DNA from: Bacteroidota bacterium
Lineage (GTDB): Bacteria > Bacteroidota > Bacteroidia > Bacteroidales > UBA7960
Assembly (NCBI GenBank): GCA_018335675.1
Contig: JAGXRQ010000050.1
Coordinates: forward strand, 34,174-98,173
Direction of reading: 5' to 3'
DNA: 64,000 bases
Of the stretch, positions 28,694 to 38,393 are shown one piece after another (within the stretch, counting starts at the first letter, position 1; every line of letters begins with the position of its first letter). The notes under the pieces were generated by a model. It searched no databases. It was not told the DNA's origin and saw nothing but the letters and a program-made list of their open reading frames with translations. The position numbers and the translations under genes are program-made.

Positions 28694-31600
28694 ATGAACA
28701 CTAAAGCCTTATTGTTAAAAAGCATTTTTATTTGCGTTTTTTTAACAATGTTTTTAAATTCTGCAAAAGCACAAAGTCCTGCCGGAATCGGAACATCGGC
28801 AGAAAATGTGCTATGGCTTAGGTCAGATCAGGGCACATCTACAACCACCAACAATAACCCGGTAAGTGGATGGACTGATGCCAGCGGAAATTCTAATGAT
28901 GCAGCGCAGTCAAATGCAGTAAATCAGCCATTGTATATTTCTTCTGGAATAAATGGCTTGCCAACCCTTAGATTTGACGGAGTGAACGATTTTTTGACCG
29001 TTCCTGACAATGACAATCTTGACAATACAGCCGGAGTGTCTGTTTTTGTGGTTGCACAGCCAGATAATCAGGATGCTACACCAAGAGGAATAGTCTCCAA
29101 AAGGGTAAGCGCTGGGAATCAAGAAGCGTATTATTTATTTACTCACACTAACCGTTATTTGTATTTTAATGCTTCAACGAGCAGAATTAACGGAACAGAT
29201 GCTGTAACCGATCAATCACAATTGTTTTCTGCAGTTTATAATGGGAATATTCCAAATCCAAGGTCCAGAGTTTTTATTAACGGAAGTCAGAGTGGAAGTG
29301 GCAATGGCCCTGCAAGCATAGGAAATATGGCTTCTGATTTGCATATAGGGATATTGAATCCTGCATACGGAAGTGGATTTAGAGGCGATATTTCAGAAGT
29401 AATTGTTTATAGAACAGCACTTAATGCTGCAGAAAGATCAATTGTTGAAGCATATTTAGGCAATAGATATAGTCTTTCTTTAGGAAATACTGCTTTTTCT
29501 TCAACAACACATAATTATGGCTTTATTGGTATAGGTCATTCTCAAGGAGAAAAATACATTCAAACTCAAAGCATAGGAAGTGGTTTGTACCTTGAAGAAA
29601 TTAATAACTCTCTCGATGAAACGAATGAATTTGTTTTTGCCGGACATGACAATACCGCCCATGGCACAAACGAACTCGACCTTCCAACGATACCGGATGT
29701 AAATCTTGACCAAAGATGGAATAGGGTTTATTATATTGAAAGAATTCAGGGAGATGTTGTTGATGCAGGCGAAACTGATGTAAGAATTGGTTTTGATTGC
29801 AACGAAGCCGGAATACCAGCAGATGCCTCAAGGCTTTACGTTTTACTTTACAGAGCAGGCACATCAGGAGAATTTTCACATGTTTCTCAAGGTTATGCTA
29901 GTGTAGCAGATAATAAAGTTTATTTTAATGTCGCAAACGCAAACTTTTCTTCCGGTTATTACACTATTGCAAGATCAGATTTAGAAGTGTTAGTGTTTTA
30001 TAGTTTTAATGACGGAAATTGGGATGATCTTAGCAGATGGAGCTTAAATCCTAGTATTTATATTGCTCCTCCAAATCTTCCTGGACCTGCCGATAGAGTT
30101 GTTATTCAAGAAAACAAAACAATAACTGTTAATATAAACAATATTGAAGCAAGTGTTTTGGAGGTAAATCATGGAATAATCGATTTCCAAAATACAACAG
30201 GCCATGTTTTTTCCACAATTACAGGATTGCCTAGTGGATTAATACGAATCTCTTCTGATAATTTTCCTCTTGGAAATATAAGCGGATTTGCAGATGCTTC
30301 TTCCGGTGGAACAGTAGAATATTATGGGGCAGGGTTTTCTTTGGAAGCAACCCGCACATTCAGAAATCTTGTAATTAATTTAAATAACGCGGCTAGTCAA
30401 GTCGTTTTGCTTTCAAATTATACCATAAATGGCAACCTTACAATAAGCAGAGGAGAGTTGCATTTTGGTAATGGCTCTTCTACAATTTCAAGAAATTTGA
30501 CTGTTTATGAAAATGTTACTATTAATGCAAATGGGAAAATAAGAACAGGAACCGCAAATGCTAGACATCAGTTTAGTGTTTATGGCGATTTTACCAATTA
30601 TGGCAATCTTCAATTTACAAACAGAGTTGCTGTAAATTTCGGAGCCGAAGCAACAAATGGCATTGTGGATGTTAATTTCAGAAGTGCCGTTAGAGATCAG
30701 AATATGATTTTAGAAGGTCCGGCAAGGTTTTATAGAATTGCAATTGAAAAGGGACTTACAAATACTTATGAACTATATATGGAAGCTGCACAAGCTTCAT
30801 ATTTTGAACTTTTTGGATATGCCGGACAAGGACATCCTGATAATGCGCAGCTATCTGTAAATAATAATGCATTTGGTTTAGCATATGGAACAGTAAGAGT
30901 AGGACCAAATATTACTATTGCAAGATTGAATCAGGGAGGAAATTATAACGTTTCTGAAAATGCTATTTTATGGGTTGATGGCGGTAGTGTTACAAAGCCT
31001 AGTGGGACAGGAGAAGCGGTTGTTGTTTATGGTAAAATAAAAATTTCAAATGGTACATTTACTTCAAACGCTCCTAGCGGAATAACATCCAGGTTGAATG
31101 GAATTTTTGAATCAACAGGCGGAACTACTGTAATTACTCAGTTTAGAACATCAGTATATGGCTCACATCATATTGGCGGGTACATACAAACAGGCGGACA
31201 TGTTACAATAGATGGGCATAACGCTAATAACAATTATTATAGCTTCTCATTGTCATACGAAGGAAATGCCTTCATCCTTACAGGTGGAACAATGACGGTT
31301 TTAGGAACAAACACCAAAGGGGCAATGTTTATTAACTCCGACCCTGTTAATCACAATGTTAGTGTTTTTACGGGAGCCTTGTTAAATCTTGTTGCAAACA
31401 GTACTAGAATTTTTAAAATTACTTCTAGAGCTCCGTTTCCCAATGTTATTATGAGTAGGGATGGCGCAGGAGCAAGAGAGTTTGTTCTGGAATGTGGTTC
31501 GGTTGGCACTACTCCGGCAAATATGTCGGAATTGAATGCTCAACCATTGGTTGCCAAAGGCTCACTAACGATTCAAGATAATATAATTTTTAACCCTAAG

Positions 31601-34600
31601 GGCAACGACGTTACTATTGGTGCCGGATATTCAATTGGCTCAGGAGCCAGCTATATAGCAGCAAGCAATAATACCATTTTTTCAGGAGCAATAAGTAATT
31701 TCTCAATTGCAATACATGCATCTGCAACCACAAAGTATTTTCATAATTTAGTTTATAATAATCCTAGCAGAATAGGAACATTAACAGTTTCAGATATTGT
31801 CATTGGCAATAATCTTAGTGTTTTGGCAGGAACTTTCAGCACAGGAAATCAGGTTGTTACAGTAAGAGGAAATATTACAAATTCAGCTACAATAGAAAAT
31901 GGAGCTAGCGGCAAAATACTAATTACACATAGAGGCCGTGTGCATACTGTTAATTTGACCAACGGAGGAAGTTATACCTCTGTTCCAACAGTTAGTTTTG
32001 TAGGAGGCGGCGGAGTTGAGGCTTCAGCCGTTGCCGTTTTCGATGGCACACCAAATGCAGGCAACCCTTTGCCTATTAGTAAAATTGTTATTACTAACAC
32101 AGGCAGAGGTTATACTTCTGTGCCTACAGTTAGTATAACAGGAGGCGGTGGAGCAACTGCTACAGCCGTAATTTTAACTACACATGAAATTGGAGGAAAT
32201 GGAAATGGAGTGTTTGGAAATTTGGAGATTGATGAACCAACGACTACTGCTCAGGCTGGCAATATGTATACTTTCTTAACAAGCAATCAAACAGTAGACA
32301 ATCAGCTAATTATTACTAGTGGGGTTTTCGACCTAAGAAACAATAAACTACGTTTGAATGGCGGTCTAAGCAGTGAAATTTGGACAGATTATGGAAACAC
32401 TAGGATGATAAGAACGACAGGAAATCATTCTGATGGTGGATTTGAACGGTATATTGCAGCAAATCAATTATTTTTATTCCCAGTTGGAACAAGAGCCTTG
32501 CCTTCTTATACAGGCAATTTGAATAGGTACACTCCATTAAGGGCGACCATATCAAATCTTAACCCATCCGACAATGGTTTTCTTCAAGTTAATCCCGTTG
32601 GATATGAATTACCAACATTAAATCCCGGCAACTCAAATGAAAGAGCATTAGCTTATTATTGGAGACTAAGGCAGAAAGGGTTTAGCTCTATACCCAATGT
32701 AAACAATGTATTTACATATGATTTAAGGGATGTTAGGACACCTCCAAACATTAATTCCTATGTGGTAGGTAAAATTGTTGAATTAATTAGATATGGTGGG
32801 ACTGGTGGTAATTCTATTGGATCAGTCGCTGCAGATAATACAAATGCGTATAATAGAAACTTCATTTTTAATCAGCACATTCTCGAAACGGGTGAATTTA
32901 CGGGTGGACATTCCACTCGTTTTTCTGGCACAGTAAAAGTATTCTTTTCCCGCCTTAGAGGCACATCTGCAGCACAAAGATTATGGACAGAGACAGCTTC
33001 TTGGACTACCTTAGCTCAAGTTGCAACAAGATTTGGCCTAACCCCTCAGCAAGTGATAGATCAGCCTAATTTATGGCATCTTAGTGATAATCCGGTTTCA
33101 AGCGCCGGAACACCGGTTGCGGGAGATATTGCGGTTATTGGTTGGGTTCCGTGGAATGATCCGGTTGTGGAATACAGAGGCGATCCTCATAATATTAGAA
33201 GCAACAGCGGAACAATAAGTTGCTCTGAACTTATATTTAATCCAATGAAAACTGCATCTGGAGATCCAGCGCCAAGACAATATTGGGATACTTATTTTTT
33301 CAGACCAACTTTAACTTTGACTGGAGGTACAACATTAGTTACTCCTATTGTTTCTGGAGAAGGAACTATTAGAAACCGAGATCAGGATACAGATTTTTCC
33401 TTGATTGATTTGGGCGATTTTGTTGCACAAGACTCTTCCTATGTGCTTTATGAGGTTTTTAGTGCGGTCACAACTCTGAATAATATTCCTGAAGTTTTAC
33501 CTAATCTTTTAATTGCACCAGATGGATGGGGCGGATTTGATAAGACCGCTGTTATTCCTAAAGATATTTTGGTTAAAAAAAATCTTGAAATTCATGGTGC
33601 TGCCAGACTAAGGTTAAATAATGGAGTCGGCGGAAACATCCATGTTTTGGGAGACTTAAGACTACAAAGAGCTTATCGCTACGATCTTGGCATTTATTAC
33701 ACAAATACTAGATTGGAGTTCCAAAATAATGGAATAGCCAGAACTTTGACAATAGAAGGAGATTTTTACACCGAAGGAACATCAGGAATTTATGTTTTAA
33801 ATCCGGGAACAACTCCATTAGAGCATACTTTAAATTTATATGGTAGTTATATTCAAAACGCAACTAATAGTGTTTTAGGGGTTGCACAACCAATCTTGAG
33901 ATTATGGACAGCATCAAATCAGGACAGAGTGAATCTGCTTCTTCTTGGAGAGTCTAGTATGACTTTTTCAGGCAGTAATGTTACTACCCCAATGAGCTTT
34001 TACAATATGTATGTAAACAAAGGAGCTTCAAATATTACTACTGCTTTAAGTGATATTCATTTCACTCTCAACGGACTTACTGATGGAGCTACTTCGGAAA
34101 AAGCTCTTCAACTCCAAAACGGAACCTTAATACTCAATCATCCTGATATTGATATAAATCTTTCAACAGGGGGAGGGGACTTTCAAATACCATCGACATC
34201 TGGACTTGTTGTTAGAAACGGCATTGTAAATGTAAATGGTGCAAATACAGGTATACTTTTAGATGGGCTTTTAGAAATTGAAACCGGAGGAACAGTTGAT
34301 CTTGACGGTGGTATAGGTGTGAATAACTATATTGAGTATTCATCTTCAGGTGCTGCCAGTATTGAAATTACAGGTGGTGAATTAATTGTAGGGTCTCAGA
34401 TTAGAAGAGGAACATCAAACCCTTCTGGCGTTTTAAGGTATACTCAATCTGGTGGAAATGTGATAGTTGGAAAGAATTCGGCTCCTCAAACCAACAGGGG
34501 AGTGTTTGAAGTTTTAAATACAGGCAGCCGCTTTGTATATACAGGAGGAAGCATAACAATTGTAAGACCACAAACAGGAGCAAGTCCTGAAGCTACAGTA

Positions 34601-37600
34601 TTAATTGAGCCTAACGTAGGCTTTGCAGGAAATGCTACTTTGCAATTAGGGAATGATGATACTCCTGCTTCAAGTGTTTTAACTATTAAATCAACAATAG
34701 AGCTTGGCAACTTAGTTGTTACAGGTGTAAATAACCCTACAGCAAGACTAAAAGACAGGTCATTAATCCTAAACAGAGACTTAAGCATTGACTCAGGATG
34801 TGCATTTGATGGAACAGGCTCATTTAATCTTACTGTAAAACGTCATATTTACAATAATGGTAGCCCTAACCTAAATGTGGATTCGTTGTTTCTCTACGGC
34901 ACCAATACATATCCATCGTCTGCTATGCAGGAAATACATGGTAGTGTAAACGTGAAAAACCTTATAGTTTCACCCCAAACATCTGTTACACTGCAGCCGG
35001 CTACAAATCTAAGTATTAGTGAAAATCTTTATATAAGAAGTGGACAGCTGGTTGATGGCGGAAATAATATTAACGTATCGAGAAATGTTTATAACGATGC
35101 CGCTCATGTGTCAAGCAATCCGTCTGCAGGTGGAATTATTTTTTCAGGTACTTTAACGCAGAGATTATTTGGATTAGGTCAATTTGGAAGAGTTGAGGTA
35201 AACAACTCCAACAATGTTATTGCAGAAAATAATATTACACTTCAAAACAACTTAACACTTAGAAATGGTATTTTCCAAATTCAATATCATAAACTAACCT
35301 TGGGCCTTAATGCAAACGTGATTAACGAAGGAGGTCCTTTTAGTGAAACAAAAATTGTTGCCGTTGATGGCAGCAGCTTTTTGAGAGGTATAGAAAAGTA
35401 TATTCCTGCAGTTGCGGGTGGTGGTCCAGCAGCTCCTTATGATATTAATGATGCTGCCTATACTTATAAGGTTACGGTACCTATTGGCTCAGACAATGGT
35501 TCAATCAGAAAGTATACTCCTGTTGAAATTGCTGTTGGAAACAGCAATAGTGTAGGTTCAATTACAATATTCCCTGTTAGTAACAGGCACATCACGATTG
35601 ATCCAGCACCAGGCAGAGTGCTGCAATACTATTGGAATGTCGAAAGTAGGGATTTATCCTCATTTACCGGCCTTTTACGAATGCATTATTTGCAGGGAGA
35701 TGTAAGAGACAATGCCACAGATGAGGCAAGCTATTTAGCTGCACGTTTATATAATGATGAATGGTCTAAGTTTTCTGAACCTGAACCTGGCCCCGGGTTC
35801 TTCCAAATTGTTGATGAGATAAACAATCATGTAGGATTTACTTTTACTAATGTACCAAATATAATTGGTGAATATACTGCCGGAATAGGACCGGATATTC
35901 CTGGCAATGTTCCGGTGTTTATTTCCACAGGTAATGGTAATTGGATAAATCCGGCAACATGGATTAGGGATGGTGGCGGAGTTGTTCCCGACAACGGACC
36001 GGCAGGACACATAGTTAGAATTTTAACTGGACATACAGTAATTATCGCAGATAATTTCAGGCAAGCTTACAGAACTGAAATTCATGGCACCGGTAGACTC
36101 AACGTTGGCTCTACAGTTAATCATATTCTTGGAATTGTAAGCGGAACCGGCACCCTGGAACTTACTACTAATTCTGTTCCCGCAGGTAACTATGATGCAT
36201 TTATCGCTTCTGATGGTGGAACTTTTGAATTTGGGGGAGTTGGCTATGGTTTGCCTACCAGATTTAGCCAATATAATAATTTAATACTCAAAGGTAGTGG
36301 CACAAAAAGTTTCCCTGCAGAAGTGGTTACTATTTTGGGTAATTTAAGCATTTTAGAAACAACAACATTAAGTGCCTCAAGAAATATAAATTTGAGAGGG
36401 AACTTGACAAAAGATGATACCGCAAATCTTGTTTCTTCAAATATTATTAAGTTTGAAGGAAATACAACACAGCAAATTAATGGAAACTTTTCCGGTGCTT
36501 TCTGGATTCATTTAGCAAATTCTACTGGAAGTAACATTAATCTTAATGGTAATATGACTACATCAGGGTTAATTTGGCTTGAGAATGGCGTTATGAGAGT
36601 GGGTAATGGCTTTGTGCTTCAATCTGACAACACTAACGGGTTTTTCTCTTCATCAGATGCGAATTTTGACAGAAGCTGGATAGAGGGTACTTTCAGACGT
36701 AGACTTTCATCAGGAACATCACCAAACTATCGAAATCAGGCTTTTGCAATTGGCAGAAACGGAAAGGTTAGACATGTGAGATTGTCTAATGTTTCTGTAG
36801 CTAATCAATACTGGACAGCTGAGTATTTCGACTCTAATCCGCTAGATGATGGGATGGACCCTGAGTCTATCAATGGAGACCCTATCCCGTTAGAGAAAGT
36901 CAGCAATATAGAGTTTTGGAGAGTTGTGGGTCCTGATGGTGCAAGCGCTAGAGTTCAGCTTAATTGGGGCTATGAAAGTGGGTTGCCTGACGGAGATCTT
37001 GATTTAATTCGCAATAGCACAGTTGTGGGAGAGTGGAATGGTTCTGCTTGGACTAATAAAGGCAATAATGGAAGTGTTTCTGCCTCAGGAAATGGAACAT
37101 GGACATCAGGTACTGTAAATGCCGGCACTATTTCATCTTTTTCAACTAAGTATTTTACAATAGCAACTACAGATGAAAACAACCCTCTCCCTGTTGAATT
37201 CCTATCTATCGATGCTTATCTGCAAAACGAATATGTTGTTGTAGAATGGGTTACTGCCACTGAGAGAAATAATGATTTCTTTACTGTGGAAAGAAGCAGG
37301 GATGCTGTGAATTTTGAAGTAATATCAGTTGTTCAAAGTAAGGCTGAATTTGGAAATAGCAACCAAGTTCTTTCTTATTCAGTAATTGACAGTTCTCCAT
37401 TAATAGGACTTACTTATTATAGAATAAAACAAACAGATTTCGATGGCACGGTTGATTATAGCAATCTGATAGGTGTGTTTTATCAAACCAAATCAGACGT
37501 TACAATAAACTTATATCCAAACCCAAACAGGGGCTATGAGTTTAATATGGTGATGGACGGACTTATAAGCTTTGAAAATGTCGTTATTACTATAACAAAT

Positions 37601-37759
37601 CTTTATGGTAAAACTGTACAAACTGATTTTGTAAATGCCGATGATCAAGGCAGACTTATTAGAAAAGTTTCTCCGGTAAGAAAACTTGAACCTGGTGTTT
37701 ATATTATAACGGTATCAGCTAATTCGGGTCGATTTAATACTAGGATGGTTGTTAATTAA
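28694..37759 (+). CDS. Giant (~3,020 aa) secreted surface protein: signal peptide, LamG-like domain, long degenerate beta-helix-like repeats, T9SS C-terminal sorting domain
   Basis: The ATG at 28694 gives MNTKALLLKSIFICVFLTMFLNSAKAQ. LamG_3-like block (GWTDASGNSND...LRFDGVNDFL...GDISEVIVYRTALNAAERSIVEAYLGNRYSL). The C-terminus is a typical T9SS CTD (LYPNPN...ITITNLYGKTV...LEPGVYIITVSANSGRFNTRMVVN). Confidence 0.85.
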   Translation: MNTKALLLKSIFICVFLTMFLNSAKAQSPAGIGTSAENVLWLRSDQGTSTTTNNNPVSGWTDASGNSNDAAQSNAVNQPLYISSGINGLPTLRFDGVNDFLTVPDNDNLDNTAGVSVFVVAQPDNQDATPRGIVSKRVSAGNQEAYYLFTHTNRYLYFNASTSRINGTDAVTDQSQLFSAVYNGNIPNPRSRVFINGSQSGSGNGPASIGNMASDLHIGILNPAYGSGFRGDISEVIVYRTALNAAERSIVEAYLGNRYSLSLGNTAFSSTTHNYGFIGIGHSQGEKYIQTQSIGSGLYLEEINNSLDETNEFVFAGHDNTAHGTNELDLPTIPDVNLDQRWNRVYYIERIQGDVVDAGETDVRIGFDCNEAGIPADASRLYVLLYRAGTSGEFSHVSQGYASVADNKVYFNVANANFSSGYYTIARSDLEVLVFYSFNDGNWDDLSRWSLNPSIYIAPPNLPGPADRVVIQENKTITVNINNIEASVLEVNHGIIDFQNTTGHVFSTITGLPSGLIRISSDNFPLGNISGFADASSGGTVEYYGAGFSLEATRTFRNLVINLNNAASQVVLLSNYTINGNLTISRGELHFGNGSSTISRNLTVYENVTINANGKIRTGTANARHQFSVYGDFTNYGNLQFTNRVAVNFGAEATNGIVDVNFRSAVRDQNMILEGPARFYRIAIEKGLTNTYELYMEAAQASYFELFGYAGQGHPDNAQLSVNNNAFGLAYGTVRVGPNITIARLNQGGNYNVSENAILWVDGGSVTKPSGTGEAVVVYGKIKISNGTFTSNAPSGITSRLNGIFESTGGTTVITQFRTSVYGSHHIGGYIQTGGHVTIDGHNANNNYYSFSLSYEGNAFILTGGTMTVLGTNTKGAMFINSDPVNHNVSVFTGALLNLVANSTRIFKITSRAPFPNVIMSRDGAGAREFVLECGSVGTTPANMSELNAQPLVAKGSLTIQDNIIFNPKGNDVTIGAGYSIGSGASYIAASNNTIFSGAISNFSIAIHASATTKYFHNLVYNNPSRIGTLTVSDIVIGNNLSVLAGTFSTGNQVVTVRGNITNSATIENGASGKILITHRGRVHTVNLTNGGSYTSVPTVSFVGGGGVEASAVAVFDGTPNAGNPLPISKIVITNTGRGYTSVPTVSITGGGGATATAVILTTHEIGGNGNGVFGNLEIDEPTTTAQAGNMYTFLTSNQTVDNQLIITSGVFDLRNNKLRLNGGLSSEIWTDYGNTRMIRTTGNHSDGGFERYIAANQLFLFPVGTRALPSYTGNLNRYTPLRATISNLNPSDNGFLQVNPVGYELPTLNPGNSNERALAYYWRLRQKGFSSIPNVNNVFTYDLRDVRTPPNINSYVVGKIVELIRYGGTGGNSIGSVAADNTNAYNRNFIFNQHILETGEFTGGHSTRFSGTVKVFFSRLRGTSAAQRLWTETASWTTLAQVATRFGLTPQQVIDQPNLWHLSDNPVSSAGTPVAGDIAVIGWVPWNDPVVEYRGDPHNIRSNSGTISCSELIFNPMKTASGDPAPRQYWDTYFFRPTLTLTGGTTLVTPIVSGEGTIRNRDQDTDFSLIDLGDFVAQDSSYVLYEVFSAVTTLNNIPEVLPNLLIAPDGWGGFDKTAVIPKDILVKKNLEIHGAARLRLNNGVGGNIHVLGDLRLQRAYRYDLGIYYTNTRLEFQNNGIARTLTIEGDFYTEGTSGIYVLNPGTTPLEHTLNLYGSYIQNATNSVLGVAQPILRLWTASNQDRVNLLLLGESSMTFSGSNVTTPMSFYNMYVNKGASNITTALSDIHFTLNGLTDGATSEKALQLQNGTLILNHPDIDINLSTGGGDFQIPSTSGLVVRNGIVNVNGANTGILLDGLLEIETGGTVDLDGGIGVNNYIEYSSSGAASIEITGGELIVGSQIRRGTSNPSGVLRYTQSGGNVIVGKNSAPQTNRGVFEVLNTGSRFVYTGGSITIVRPQTGASPEATVLIEPNVGFAGNATLQLGNDDTPASSVLTIKSTIELGNLVVTGVNNPTARLKDRSLILNRDLSIDSGCAFDGTGSFNLTVKRHIYNNGSPNLNVDSLFLYGTNTYPSSAMQEIHGSVNVKNLIVSPQTSVTLQPATNLSISENLYIRSGQLVDGGNNINVSRNVYNDAAHVSSNPSAGGIIFSGTLTQRLFGLGQFGRVEVNNSNNVIAENNITLQNNLTLRNGIFQIQYHKLTLGLNANVINEGGPFSETKIVAVDGSSFLRGIEKYIPAVAGGGPAAPYDINDAAYTYKVTVPIGSDNGSIRKYTPVEIAVGNSNSVGSITIFPVSNRHITIDPAPGRVLQYYWNVESRDLSSFTGLLRMHYLQGDVRDNATDEASYLAARLYNDEWSKFSEPEPGPGFFQIVDEINNHVGFTFTNVPNIIGEYTAGIGPDIPGNVPVFISTGNGNWINPATWIRDGGGVVPDNGPAGHIVRILTGHTVIIADNFRQAYRTEIHGTGRLNVGSTVNHILGIVSGTGTLELTTNSVPAGNYDAFIASDGGTFEFGGVGYGLPTRFSQYNNLILKGSGTKSFPAEVVTILGNLSILETTTLSASRNINLRGNLTKDDTANLVSSNIIKFEGNTTQQINGNFSGAFWIHLANSTGSNINLNGNMTTSGLIWLENGVMRVGNGFVLQSDNTNGFFSSSDANFDRSWIEGTFRRRLSSGTSPNYRNQAFAIGRNGKVRHVRLSNVSVANQYWTAEYFDSNPLDDGMDPESINGDPIPLEKVSNIEFWRVVGPDGASARVQLNWGYESGLPDGDLDLIRNSTVVGEWNGSAWTNKGNNGSVSASGNGTWTSGTVNAGTISSFSTKYFTIATTDENNPLPVEFLSIDAYLQNEYVVVEWVTATERNNDFFTVERSRDAVNFEVISVVQSKAEFGNSNQVLSYSVIDSSPLIGLTYYRIKQTDFDGTVDYSNLIGVFYQTKSDVTINLYPNPNRGYEFNMVMDGLISFENVVITITNLYGKTVQTDFVNADDQGRLIRKVSPVRKLEPGVYIITVSANSGRFNTRMVVN

Positions 37760-37849
37760 GTCGAAAGTCAGAAGTCGAAAGTCGACAGTTCTATGTAAAT
37801 TGCTAACTATCGACTGCTGACTATCGACTGCCGACTTTCGACTATTGAC
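37760..37849. repeat. Inverted pair of heptamer tandem arrays (GTCGAAA-type x4 and GACTNNC-type x6), probable bidirectional terminator hairpin
   Basis: 7-nt periodicity read directly. 37773-37784 (AGTCGAAAGTCG) is the exact reverse complement of 37832-37843. Lies between convergent genes. Confidence 0.7.
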
Positions 37850-38393
37850 TTAAATTAAACTTCTCTGGATGTCTTGCGCCTTTTCCTTTGTAGAATTCTT
37901 GTATAGATTTCATTATTACTTCGTAATCATCCGAGGGATTTAAAACTGGTCCAAAGCCTCCGGTTTTTAGCTTGTAATCAAGGTAGCCGCATACTATTGG
38001 CACATTAGCTTCTTTTGCAATATGATAAAAACCTTTTTTCCAGTTAGTAACAAGCTTGCGCGTACCTTCAGGAGTAACTACTAAATATAGCTCCTTGCTG
38101 TTTTCAAAAGCTTTGTGAACGCTTTTAATAGCACTTCTACTGTTAGATCGGTCAACAGGAATACCTCCCAAAGATTTTAGAATAGGCCCGAATGGAAAAG
38201 CAAAGGATTCTTTTTTTATCATAAATTTTCCTTTGAACTTATACGCCGTAAAAGCCAGCCAACCATAAACGAAATCATAATAGCTAGTATGTGGAGCCAT
38301 TATTACAACAGCTTTTTTGATGTCAGCAGGCATGTTAGAGTCTATTTTCCAGCCCTTTTGCTTCAAAATAAAATTGGCTATTCTACTTTTCAT
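37842..38393 (-). CDS. 1-acyl-sn-glycerol-3-phosphate acyltransferase family protein (PlsC-like)
   Basis: HX4D motif (APHTSYYDF) and the PEGTR motif. The ATG at 38393 avoids overlap with rlmN; the tracked start at 38417 is also possible. Confidence 0.8.
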   Translation of the reverse strand: MKSRIANFILKQKGWKIDSNMPADIKKAVVIMAPHTSYYDFVYGWLAFTAYKFKGKFMIKKESFAFPFGPILKSLGGIPVDRSNSRSAIKSVHKAFENSKELYLVVTPEGTRKLVTNWKKGFYHIAKEANVPIVCGYLDYKLKTGGFGPVLNPSDDYEVIMKSIQEFYKGKGARHPEKFNLSQ

